From the NCBI GenBank assembly GCA_028345065.1, contig JAOMCN010000002.1:13044-77043 (forward strand): a stretch of 64,000 nucleotides of DNA, in the 5' to 3' direction. A model generated the notes under the pieces. The model was not told the origin of the DNA. It searched no databases and worked only from the letters and a program-made list of their open reading frames with translations. Source of the DNA: Rhodospirillales bacterium (lineage in GTDB: Bacteria > Pseudomonadota > Alphaproteobacteria > Rhodospirillales > UBA2165). Positions 1-8,625 of the stretch are shown piece by piece (within the stretch, counting starts at the first letter, position 1; each line of letters opens with the position of its first letter). A program made the position numbers and the translations under genes.

Positions 1-67
1 CCATGTGTCACAATAATACACATTTTTATCTCACAGTAGCTTCTTTATTCTTTTCCTGTCGAAAACG

Positions 68-99
68 GAAACCCCTGCAGCCGTTTTCTGACTGCAGGG
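68..99 (-). terminator. Probable intrinsic terminator of the minus-strand small-gene operon
   Basis: Stem ccctgcag (73-80) / ctgcaggg (92-99) lies just past the stop at 107 and is followed on the minus strand by a T-rich tract. Confidence 0.5.
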
Positions 100-106
100 A
101 AAGGGT

Positions 107-352
107 TTAATTGACGAGCTTTTCTCTTGTTTCCGTTGGTAAAATGCAGAAGGCATACGTTTCCACATCCAGTTCATCCTTGAAGATGGTTTGCCACATC
201 TCTGGATGTTCTTCCTTCCATTCCCTACATTCCCTGATCTCTTGCTGGTATTCCTCTAAAGGGGTTTGAGGTTCAACATAGAGGTCAGGTTCATCTATGG
301 AATGGACTTGGTTTTGAAGATCATCCACCACTTCTAAAACGTTCTCCACCAT
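107..352 (-). CDS. Small acidic hypothetical protein (~81 aa), paralogue of 1093..1278
   Basis: ATG at 352 is preceded by AGGAG and lies right after the DUF5710 gene stop, so it is preferred over the track start at 454. The C-terminus EIRECREWKEEHPEMWQTIFKDELDVETYAF matches 1093..1278. Confidence 0.6.
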   Translation of the reverse strand: MVENVLEVVDDLQNQVHSIDEPDLYVEPQTPLEEYQQEIRECREWKEEHPEMWQTIFKDELDVETYAFCILPTETREKLVN

Positions 353-368
353 ATCCAGTAACTCCTGG

Positions 369-554
369 TTATCCGGGAAACATTGACGGGTCGGCGACCA
401 CCTCCTCGGGCCACCACTTCCTGAAGAGATCCGTATCGATATCATCGGGGACAAACCACTTACGGGCTCCTTGATCCCATTTCGCGCCTAATTCCTTGGC
501 GTCGTCTTTCTCGGCGTAGGGGCAGTTCAGATAAAAACGTTTTGTCGTAGTCAT
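369..554 (-). CDS. Stand-alone DUF5710 domain protein
   Basis: YLNCPYAEKDDAKELGAKWD-x4-KWFVP is the DUF5710 signature; AAGGAG RBS upstream. Confidence 0.8.
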   Translation of the reverse strand: MTTTKRFYLNCPYAEKDDAKELGAKWDQGARKWFVPDDIDTDLFRKWWPEEVVADPSMFPG

Positions 555-637
555 TTTACTTCTCCTTGATTTACGGGATGGTTAATGGGACTGACGCCCC
601 GGGGGTAAAGGCTTAATAACGACAACTGACGGTAAAG

Positions 638-904
638 TTATTTGATCCCGCAGATGTCGGTGACGATGTAGCGCTTTGCGAAGTCAACCACGTCTTCGCC
701 GAACCTGACGGAGACCTCGGCTAGAATTTCCGACATACTCCATCCTTTGGTTTTCCTGTTATATTGATTTACAGGCCCGGCATTAGCTTCATCCATCCTG
801 GAACGGATGAAATCCTTAACCTGTTTCCTGATGACTTCTTCAGTCGTGAAGATATGCACGTTCTCATGTTTGAGATTTAAGTCGAGTTTCATGATGATCT
901 CCAT
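638..904 (-). CDS. Hypothetical protein
   Basis: 88-aa ORF, co-oriented with its neighbours, with plausible composition. Confidence 0.55.
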   Translation of the reverse strand: MEIIMKLDLNLKHENVHIFTTEEVIRKQVKDFIRSRMDEANAGPVNQYNRKTKGWSMSEILAEVSVRFGEDVVDFAKRYIVTDICGIK

Positions 905-923
905 TGATTGGGGTTGAATGACA

Positions 924-975
924 TATGCGAACCTCCCAAAGGTTCGTAAGAACTCACCTTTGGGAGGTTCGCATA
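924..975. repeat. Perfect 20-bp inverted repeat with 12-nt spacer
   Basis: tatgcgaacctcccaaaggt (924-943) / acctttgggaggttcgcata (956-975). Confidence 0.9.
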
Positions 976-1052
976 GTGTTTCGACGGTTATTGGGATGAT
1001 TGGGTTAGGAAGAGAGGTAGGTCCAATGCATTCTTAATCGTAACATGACGAG

Positions 1053-1086
1053 TGTGACCATTTTGGTCACATCCACATTGTTTAAT
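1053..1086 (+). promoter_or_regulatory. Palindromic operator plus -10 (copy 1 of GACC-N5-KGTCAC-N10-[-10] motif)
   Basis: TGTGACCA-TTT-TGGTCACA is a perfect palindrome; GGTCAC-N10-TTTAAT; the ATG at 1093 sits at the expected +1 (leaderless). Confidence 0.55.
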
Positions 1087-1092
1087 GAATAC

Positions 1093-1278
1093 ATGGAAGA
1101 TGAAAAAGCCCACCCCCTCACACCTCGAGAGCAATTTGAAAAAGAGATCATGGAGTGCAGAGAATGGAAAGACGACAATCCTGAAATCTGGAAGATTTTG
1201 TTTAAGGAAGAGATCGATGCCGAGACCTTCGCTTTTTACGTTCTCCCGAATGAAACAAAAGAAAAACTGTGGAACTAA
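1093..1278 (+). CDS. Small acidic hypothetical protein, paralogue of 107..352
   Basis: MEDEKAHPLTPREQFEKEIMECREWKDDNPEIWKILFKEEIDAETFAFYVLPNETKEKLWN; the track start is 1045. Confidence 0.6.
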   Translation: MEDEKAHPLTPREQFEKEIMECREWKDDNPEIWKILFKEEIDAETFAFYVLPNETKEKLWN

Positions 1279-1341
1279 ACACGGAAACCGGGAGATCAAA
1301 TTCCAGACCCGGATGCTGAACAAGCTCAAAAGGAGTTTATC

Positions 1342-1722
1342 ATGACTGCCAAAATAATTGAGATGAAGCCAAAGTCTAAAGATACCGATGAAACGTCCAA
1401 TAAAAAAGTTACCTGCTTTGTCTTTGCCAATCCATGCACGGGAATTATTCGAAGGACCATCAAGTTGATGAAGGATGGCGTCCCCGTTCTTAAATATCTG
1501 GGTAAGGAGAAACTCTACAATACCTTTCTATTTACGGGTCAGGCTAATGAGGACACTCCCTTTCTGGCTGCCTTGGTTCCTTCAGACAATCCGTCCGCCA
1601 TCAGGTGGTATGCCAAAGAGTTAGAGACTTTGGCTCAGGATATTGAGAATGGGGTGTACGAGGGCGTTCCTACCTACTCTGCCGTTGAGGGGAATAATGA
1701 AGACGAGGTAGAAGACGACTAA
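1342..1722 (+). CDS. Hypothetical protein
   Basis: 126-aa ORF with AAGGAG RBS and an acidic tail. Confidence 0.65.
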   Translation: MTAKIIEMKPKSKDTDETSNKKVTCFVFANPCTGIIRRTIKLMKDGVPVLKYLGKEKLYNTFLFTGQANEDTPFLAALVPSDNPSAIRWYAKELETLAQDIENGVYEGVPTYSAVEGNNEDEVEDD

Positions 1723-1776
1723 ACTCAAAATACTAGCTAGAACATATGATGATGCCTCTCTGAATTTATCACGAAG

Positions 1777-2481
1777 ATGTGGAAGTGGATACTAGCCGTC
1801 TATGCCTTCACTGTCGGGGTCGGCCTTGAGACCCCGGTTCTACAGATCGTGTTTTGGATTTGTGTACTGATAAGTGTCGCGTGTTTTTTTATCTATTTTC
1901 TTATTGATCCCCTGGATAGCCTGAAAGATTCCCTTACCAAAATTTGGCAGAACTTCTTGGGGCGGATACCATTTGTCTCCTCTCCCAATTACTCACCCGA
2001 CGTCACGGCAATAATTATAGAAAAATATAAAATGGGAGAAAGTCTTGAAGACATTGCCGATCTTACCGGTAAGACAGTGACCTCGATCAGAGGGAAACTC
2101 GTCTCCGAAAATGTCTACTCACAGTTTAAAACGCAGAGGATGAATGCCATCCAGAGAGGGACGTTCCACGACGGTCATGCTCTCACGCCCCTGGAATTAA
2201 AATCCGGCCAGGAGTACCGCTTTGACGACCTCCTATCTTACCTGAATAAAGCCGGATACCTGAGGGTCAACCGAAGTTGTGAGATGGGTTATTATTCCGT
2301 ACATGGCGGCGTCGTGACTATTCATCCATTCGGTTGTTCAAATTCGATCAGTATCGACTACTTCGGAGACACCGTTGAGGCAATAACCGACGATTTGGAG
2401 AAGACCGTTCTACTGACGGTTGTCATCGAACCATTCTCTCCATCAGAGTACGACGCCGGTGAGGCATTTAACTCAGATTAG
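1777..2481 (+). CDS. Membrane-anchored protein with HTH-like segment and UvrB/Mfd domain-2-like (UvrA-interaction) module
   Basis: Two N-terminal hydrophobic helices; ESLEDIADLTGKTVTSIRGKLV; C-terminal LKSGQ...L...GYLRV...GYYSVHGGVVTIHP...IDYFGDTVEAI. Confidence 0.6.
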   Translation: MWKWILAVYAFTVGVGLETPVLQIVFWICVLISVACFFIYFLIDPLDSLKDSLTKIWQNFLGRIPFVSSPNYSPDVTAIIIEKYKMGESLEDIADLTGKTVTSIRGKLVSENVYSQFKTQRMNAIQRGTFHDGHALTPLELKSGQEYRFDDLLSYLNKAGYLRVNRSCEMGYYSVHGGVVTIHPFGCSNSISIDYFGDTVEAITDDLEKTVLLTVVIEPFSPSEYDAGEAFNSD

Positions 2482-2771
2482 ATTTGGCTTATTTTACCTC
2501 CGGTCTTTCCAGGTCTTCCATCCCGTAAACTACTCTCAGTAAAATTTTAGGCAACTGCACTTGACTTCACGATCCGGAAAGTGCATTTACCCGCCATAAC
2601 GTCCAAGGTGGCGCAACAGCGCTGCGATTTTTGAAAGAAAAACAAAGCAAAGAACCCCGGGCGTTCCTTTTTTCTCATACCGTTTTGTCCAATTGCGCTC
2701 GGATGACGGCGACGCGGCAGATTTGCGTGCACTTTAGTGCCCGCCGTTTTGGCGCCTAGGATACTCACGTT

Positions 2772-4064
2772 TTGACAATCATAAAATTCTCCGAGCTCGG
2801 TCTTATCGAGCCACTTACGCACGCCTTAGAAGCACAAAATTATACGACGCCCACACCAATCCAGGAAAAGGCTATCCCACAAATTCTCAATAACGCCGAC
2901 CTTCTGGGGATTGCTCAGACCGGCAGCGGGAAAACTGCTGCTTTCGTATTACCGATCGTACAACACCTGACTAATGGCAAACTCCGTCCCTCGGCGAAGG
3001 GTGCTTTGGTATTGATCCTGGCGCCAACCCGGGAATTGGCGTTACAAATTGGCGTTTTCGTCTCCGCATATGCAAAAAATTTACAGGTTCGACACACGGT
3101 CATCCTCGGCGGTGTAAATCAGAAGCGGCAGGTGAAGGCCTTATCCAGGGGCGTCGACATTTTAATCGCGACACCGGGGCGATTACTCGACCTCAAAAAG
3201 CAGGGACACGTACACTTGAATGATGTTAAATACCTGGTGCTCGATGAAGCTGACCGTATGCTGGACATGGGCTTCATCAAGGACGTACGAAAAATCGTTC
3301 GCGCCACGCCAAGGGACCGGCAAACGCTCTTTTTCTCTGCAACCATGCCGAAGGAAGTGGCCGGTCTGGCGGACGAAATTCTTCACGAACCCGTACGTAT
3401 TGATATTACCCCGAAGGCCATTACCGCTGACCGCATCGAACAACACGTTTACCACGTCCCGGCATTGAAGAAAGGTGCCTTACTTAAAGATCTCCTTTCC
3501 GACAATGCGCTCTACCGCGTGATCGTATTCACGCGAACGAAGCACCGGGCTAATAGGGTCGAAAAGCAATTGGGTCAGGCCAGGATAGAAGCTGCCGCCA
3601 TTCACGGGAATAAATCGCAGGCGGCGCGTCTGCGAGCGCTTGAGGGGTTCAAGGCGAACCGGGTCCGCGTTCTCGTTGCCACAGATATCGCAGCCAGAGG
3701 CATTGATGTCGACGGCGTCACACATGTTATTAATTTTGATCTACCGAACGAACCTGAAAGTTATGTCCATAGAATTGGTCGTACTGCCCGCGCGGGAACC
3801 GAAGGAATTGCACTCTCTTTCTGCGACCCGGAAGAGCGGCATCACCTCCGTGGCATCGAACGCCTGATTAAACGCTCAATCGATGTCGTCGAACACGACC
3901 GGAGCGACGGTGTTGAAAACCAGGAAGCCCCGGACACTCCGCAGGGCAAACCGGTCCAGAGACAACAGCCCAAGCGCCCGGCGGGAGATAACAGAAAACG
4001 CAAAAAGAATAGAAACCGCAGACAGAATAGAAACCGCAACCGGAACAATGCCAAAGCTGCTTAG
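2772..4064 (+). CDS. rhlE: DEAD-box RNA helicase (RhlE-like)
   Basis: Q motif, [39 protein letters not shown]; basic RNA-binding tail. Confidence 0.9.
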   Translation: MTIIKFSELGLIEPLTHALEAQNYTTPTPIQEKAIPQILNNADLLGIAQTGSGKTAAFVLPIVQHLTNGKLRPSAKGALVLILAPTRELALQIGVFVSAYAKNLQVRHTVILGGVNQKRQVKALSRGVDILIATPGRLLDLKKQGHVHLNDVKYLVLDEADRMLDMGFIKDVRKIVRATPRDRQTLFFSATMPKEVAGLADEILHEPVRIDITPKAITADRIEQHVYHVPALKKGALLKDLLSDNALYRVIVFTRTKHRANRVEKQLGQARIEAAAIHGNKSQAARLRALEGFKANRVRVLVATDIAARGIDVDGVTHVINFDLPNEPESYVHRIGRTARAGTEGIALSFCDPEERHHLRGIERLIKRSIDVVEHDRSDGVENQEAPDTPQGKPVQRQQPKRPAGDNRKRKKNRNRRQNRNRNRNNAKAA

Positions 4065-4079
4065 GTCGTCATTTGACAT

Positions 4080-4134
4080 CACCTATTGCCTACCTACCGT
4101 GATGGAGCACAAAAGATTAGGTAAGCAATAGGTG
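4080..4134. terminator. Inverted repeat between convergent genes (possible bidirectional terminator)
   Basis: cacctattgcctaccta / taggtaagcaataggtg with one G.U wobble. Confidence 0.45.
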
Positions 4135-4152
4135 GGGTTGGGGTCATATTTA

Positions 4153-5145
4153 TTAATGCTCCCTTCTCCTGTATGAAGCTCTCGTCATCCCGGAACGGAA
4201 GTTTCGATGGCGTTCATCTGCCTCGGGTTTCAGGGGAAAGGCGCAGAGGTGGATGACGTCGCCGTCATTTATCAATGCACCGCCTGCAATGGCATCTCCC
4301 TTGAAGCGATAGTCATCTCCCATGCCAACCGACGGGGAGCAGTTGATGTCCCCTGAAGAGAGGATCTTAAGAAATTCATTAATGGTATCTACGCCAATTA
4401 TCGATGGCCGCTGGTGGTGACCTTCTAGAGCATCGAGGGCATAACTCCGTACCAGCTTAGGAAGGAGCTTCCGTAATGTCGACGGCTTATCGAAGGCGTC
4501 GAAACCCGCCACATCTCCGTCGATTGCAAATAAGGCACCGGCCTGTCCTGGGACATGGTGTATGCTTTCGACGAATTCATCAACCCTCCCTCTCTCCGCT
4601 TCGAAGACGTCTGACATCGCATCCGAATCTGAATTAACGGAAAATGCAGCGGCCTTTTCAGCGACGTCCCGCCAAACTTCCCCTTGATCGGATCTCGCCG
4701 CCATTCCGCCGCTTAGGGAGTTTGATACCATTCTCGCTTTCTTTGCACGCCCCTTCGAAAAATAAGATCGATCAGAGGACCTGAAGTAATCGGAATTATA
4801 AGACCACCTCCCCTGCTCGACGCACGATACGGGAATGTCAATCTCGGAGTTCCCGGGTACCAGAATGCTCAAATTCAAAATGCGGTTTTGCTTAGCCCCC
4901 AGGAGTTCCTCTCCATCGAGAAGGAATACGGGCTTATCGCCGTTATTCAGAAACCTGAGGTCGGGAACCGATCCCGATTCCGATACCTCTGAGACGCTGG
5001 CACTCCCGTCTTTATGCGCTTCATCGAGGGTGAGATAGTCGATAGACCGACCCGTTACGCCGGTAAACGGAAACATCGTCAAACTCTTAAAGGAAATCGG
5101 TTTTCCCAACTCTAATTTATTTACAAAACTCTCTATTAACTGCAA
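4153..5145 (-). CDS. ARPP-1 / DUF6569 family protein
   Basis: GSVPxLxxxN...LLDGEELLGAKQNRILN...IPVSCVEQGRW, SDQGEVW. Likely TTG start at 5145 after AGGAGGAG (track start 5181). Confidence 0.75.
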   Translation of the reverse strand: MQLIESFVNKLELGKPISFKSLTMFPFTGVTGRSIDYLTLDEAHKDGSASVSEVSESGSVPDLRFLNNGDKPVFLLDGEELLGAKQNRILNLSILVPGNSEIDIPVSCVEQGRWSYNSDYFRSSDRSYFSKGRAKKARMVSNSLSGGMAARSDQGEVWRDVAEKAAAFSVNSDSDAMSDVFEAERGRVDEFVESIHHVPGQAGALFAIDGDVAGFDAFDKPSTLRKLLPKLVRSYALDALEGHHQRPSIIGVDTINEFLKILSSGDINCSPSVGMGDDYRFKGDAIAGGALINDGDVIHLCAFPLKPEADERHRNFRSGMTRASYRRREH

Positions 5146-5171
5146 TTTTCTCCTCCTATGGTTAGGAGAGG

Positions 5172-5205
5172 AGGATCTCACAGTAATGTGACAGATACGG
5201 TCCTA
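5172..5205 (-). promoter_or_regulatory. Copy 2 of GACC-N5-TGTCAC-N10-[-10] motif
   Basis: The minus strand reads TAGGACC-GTATC-TGTCAC-ATTACTGTGA-GATCCT upstream of the ARPP-1 gene. Confidence 0.45.
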
Positions 5206-5324
5206 CTCAACGGAAAAATTTTTATTTGCCCTAACTATTATTAGTATTATACGCCGGGATTACCTACTGTCGGATGAGAAGGGACAAATTACGGGTCATC
5301 GGACCACAGCCCCATCTAACTCTC

Positions 5325-6110
5325 TTACTCTTTTTTAGGCGGTTGAGGCCGGGAAAAGACGAGTTTATTGCCCGTTGAGGCGATCGCGTCGAGGGTATAG
5401 CCACCGGCATTAAAATCTTTCAAGCCATCAGCCCGATCCACACGGTTTTCCATGATCCAGCGTGCCATGGTACCGCGTGCATGCTTGGCGTAATACATGA
5501 GGGTGCGGGCCTCGCCATCCTTTACGTTCAGGAACTTCGCCTCAATCACCGTCCGTCCAAGCGCTTTGGCATCCACAGCCTTGAAATATTCGTTTGAGGC
5601 GAGATTGACCACGGTTGTGTCGGCATGATCGGCAAGGTCCACATTTAGTCGATCGGCGATGCGTGCGCCCCAGAAATCATAGAGGGATTTCCCGCGGCCA
5701 TTTGCCATTTTGGTGCCCATCTCAAGGCGATAAGGCTGGATCGCATCCATCGGACGTAAAACACCGTAAAGGCCTGAGAGGATGCGTAAATGATCCTGCG
5801 CATATGAGAGCGTGTCCTCGGAGAAGCTGTCAGCCTCCAGCCCCCAATAGACGTCGCCGTCAAAGGCGAGCCCGGCAGGCTTGGCGGTATTGCTCCTATT
5901 GTCGAGATTGAAGGCCTGAAACCGCTCGAAATTCATGGTAGCGAGATTGTCGCTAATATGCATAAGACGTTTCAGGTCTTCCGCAGTCTGGGTTTTAGCG
6001 ACAATCGCAAGCTCGTTCATATCATCGCGCAAGCGCGGCTGTGTAATCGGGACGCCCGTTTCGGTGGGGGCCATATTCATCTTTTTTGCAGGGGAGAGTA
6101 GCGTCAGCAT
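5325..6110 (-). CDS. yaaA: Peroxide stress protein YaaA (DUF328/UPF0246)
   Basis: LLSPAK, AFDGDVY, LRILSGLYGVLRP, YRLEMG, NLASNEY, AKHARG. Confidence 0.92.
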   Translation of the reverse strand: MLTLLSPAKKMNMAPTETGVPITQPRLRDDMNELAIVAKTQTAEDLKRLMHISDNLATMNFERFQAFNLDNRSNTAKPAGLAFDGDVYWGLEADSFSEDTLSYAQDHLRILSGLYGVLRPMDAIQPYRLEMGTKMANGRGKSLYDFWGARIADRLNVDLADHADTTVVNLASNEYFKAVDAKALGRTVIEAKFLNVKDGEARTLMYYAKHARGTMARWIMENRVDRADGLKDFNAGGYTLDAIASTGNKLVFSRPQPPKKE

Positions 6111-6559
6111 GATTTATCCTTTCCTCCTAACATCAACCCGGCAATCCAGGTTCGTATGCGTGGGTCTGTGACCACATGAAACTAAGCCCTTGCGTCAAGA
6201 ATTCAAGGCGCTTGATACGAAAAGTGCCCAGATTACAGTATTTTTCAGGGTCCGCTTTGGGGCGGTTCCCCGGAAATGGAGATGGGCGACCGTCGAGATC
6301 CGTTTGATACCCTTTTAATATTGCGAGGCGGTAACCGCCGGGGGAGCTTCAACGGGTGCGTTGTATTCGTCCTCGGTCATGACGAAATGATATCGGTCAC
6401 CGCGCCTCCGTATACAGCCAGATAGTGACGGGGCCGTCATTCACCAAATGGACACTCATATCTGCGCCAAACTGCCCCGTCTCGACATTGATGCCGTGAT
6501 CGGATAACAGGCTGCTAAATCGTTCGTAGAGCCGCTCTCCCTCCTCAGGATGGGCAGCC

Positions 6560-7279
6560 TCAACTTAATTTACAAATTATGGCCGAAGCGTCGTCACTTC
6601 CCCCGAGACGGTTGGCCTCCTCACAGAGGTTGAAGGCACATTCGGGTGATCTTTCTGAAACAACCGGCTTTATGACGTCGTCCGGAACGGCATCCGTGAT
6701 ACCGTCGGAAACAAGCACTAATATGTCGCCCGATCGGATGTCCTGCTGAATGAGGTGCGGCTTGGGAGCCATAGGATTTCCGCCGCCCAGGCACTGCGTA
6801 ACAATGCCCGTACGTTCCCCTGGATAAACGTCATCCTCCGAAATCTGGTTAATGCCAGCGTCGTGGATCCAATAGGCGCGGCTATCACCGACGTTGAAAA
6901 TGGTGCAACGTTCCTCGTTAATGACGGCTCCGACAATTGTGGTTCCCATGGCGTAGGGACTTCTACTACCTTCTTCCAACTCCCGAATATGATGATGGAC
7001 ATCGGCAATTGCTTCATCGATTTTAACTTCACCCCTGGAACTCTTAAAAAGATCATTCAGATGCTCTATCGCCGTGCGGCTTGCAATGTCGCCGCTACTG
7101 TGACCTCCGAGGCCATCCGCCAAAGTGACCAAGAAGGGCAATTGCGAGAGTTCAACCGATTTCCGACCACTATTTGTATCCTTTCCGAAAAGCAATATAT
7201 CTCCGATACCGCAGGCATCTTCGTTCTGATCCCGCCCAGATCCCCGTCTGGTAAAACCGTTAATCGTGCAAAACGTCAT
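6560..7279 (-). CDS. PP2C-family Ser/Thr protein phosphatase
   Basis: [38 protein letters not shown]. Overlaps the kinase stop by 4 nt. Confidence 0.9.
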   Translation of the reverse strand: MTFCTINGFTRRGSGRDQNEDACGIGDILLFGKDTNSGRKSVELSQLPFLVTLADGLGGHSSGDIASRTAIEHLNDLFKSSRGEVKIDEAIADVHHHIRELEEGSRSPYAMGTTIVGAVINEERCTIFNVGDSRAYWIHDAGINQISEDDVYPGERTGIVTQCLGGGNPMAPKPHLIQQDIRSGDILVLVSDGITDAVPDDVIKPVVSERSPECAFNLCEEANRLGGSDDASAIICKLS

Positions 7280-8538
7280 TCGATACCAAGCGCCTTCCTA
7301 CGATCTTTATTGAGCTTCGTGATATCCTTATGCAATTGCCTGACATCCGACGGTCGTTCATCAGGAACCAAACTAACCGTTCGGGAGAGATAGGTATGAA
7401 GATTCTCACCGACCTCTTCCTTGAATTTAGTATCAAGAAGTCTCTTGGTATCTTCGTAGGTTTCGGGTACTTCCTCGGTTACTAATGCGATCGCAATAAC
7501 GCCCCAGGAGAAGACGTCCCAAGTATTCTGAAAAAGCATTTCGTTAGGGGCATGGGGGTCAGGGGTCCAGGGGGCCGAATAAAAATTGGCAACGGTAACC
7601 TTTTTCTTTCCTTCGAGCTCCCAATTCTTCGAAGCTCCAAAATCTGCCAATTTTATGATGCCCTCCACGTCTTCCTTATCAACTTCATCATTTTCATCCC
7701 TCCCAGAGTAATAATCAAAGAATATATTACTTGGTTTTAAGTCTCGATGTATGATCTCGTGCCCAAAAGCATAAACAAGACCATCCAAAATTGGTTCCAG
7801 TGTATCATAGGCATAAAACCACGGATCATCGTCATCCATGTTTTCTAAAATATCCCTGATTACCTCATCTTCTTCGTCCCGCGAAAGGTCCGGTCGCATG
7901 TTTCTAATTAATTTACGAAAAACCATTTCCTCATCACCAAATATTTCATCCAATGTGAAATCCAGCCAACCTGTAACCGTATACCATCGGTCGCTTCCCT
8001 CGTGCTTTCCGTAGTCGATAATTTCCAGAATATTCTCGTGCCCTTCAAGTTTCTCAAGAGCATTAACTTCCCTCTCGAAAGCCTCCTCACTGACGGGACT
8101 AGACCCGATATTCGGATGAAATAATTTCACGGCACACCAAACGTCCTCGCTGAGATCCCATGCCTTAAAGACGATCGATTGGCCGCTTTTCGCAAACAAT
8201 TTATGACAAACAAAACGATCACTGAAGATGTATTGTTTGAGATCCTTCGGCCACCACTTCGTAAAATTATCAAAATCTAAATCCTTCCCCGCCGGAACTA
8301 TCCACTTTTTGATTTCAGGTATCCACTTTGCCCCCTTTTTCTTCAGGGTTTCCTTATCCTTATAGACGGGGTTCAGGAATGCCCACCAATCTCGAAATTC
8401 CAGAGGATCCAGACCGGTCGGCGCATACCAGAGTTTGTTTTTATTATCCCACCTGGCCCCACGGCTTTTTGCGTCGTCCTTTTCATCAAACGGGACGTTC
8501 AGAAAAAGATTTGAAAGGGTCAAAAATGAAGCAGCCAT
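7276..8538 (-). CDS. Ser/Thr protein kinase with two N-terminal DUF5710 domains
   Basis: FLNVPFDEKDDAKSRGARWD..KLWY and FLNPVYKDKETLKKKGAKWI..KKWIVP; kinase motifs AVK, E(alphaC), HRDLKPSN, DFG, DVFSWG. Confidence 0.88.
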   Translation of the reverse strand: MAASFLTLSNLFLNVPFDEKDDAKSRGARWDNKNKLWYAPTGLDPLEFRDWWAFLNPVYKDKETLKKKGAKWIPEIKKWIVPAGKDLDFDNFTKWWPKDLKQYIFSDRFVCHKLFAKSGQSIVFKAWDLSEDVWCAVKLFHPNIGSSPVSEEAFEREVNALEKLEGHENILEIIDYGKHEGSDRWYTVTGWLDFTLDEIFGDEEMVFRKLIRNMRPDLSRDEEDEVIRDILENMDDDDPWFYAYDTLEPILDGLVYAFGHEIIHRDLKPSNIFFDYYSGRDENDEVDKEDVEGIIKLADFGASKNWELEGKKKVTVANFYSAPWTPDPHAPNEMLFQNTWDVFSWGVIAIALVTEEVPETYEDTKRLLDTKFKEEVGENLHTYLSRTVSLVPDERPSDVRQLHKDITKLNKDRRKALGIE

Positions 8539-8625
8539 TATATCACTCCCTGCAAGACCTAATTCCGTGTATATTGCTGTTTATTTTAGATTTGATAATA
8601 CCTGGAAAAGGGGAAAAACCCTAAC

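Noticed and set aside
1-27. TGTCAC at the window start as a fifth promoter-motif copy
   Set aside because: It is truncated by the window edge, and the spacing to a -10 hexamer does not fit.
6241-6390. GC-rich minus-strand fragment (MTEDEYNAPV...) as a gene
   Set aside because: It stops after 21 codons and I recognise no family; it may be a remnant but cannot be supported.
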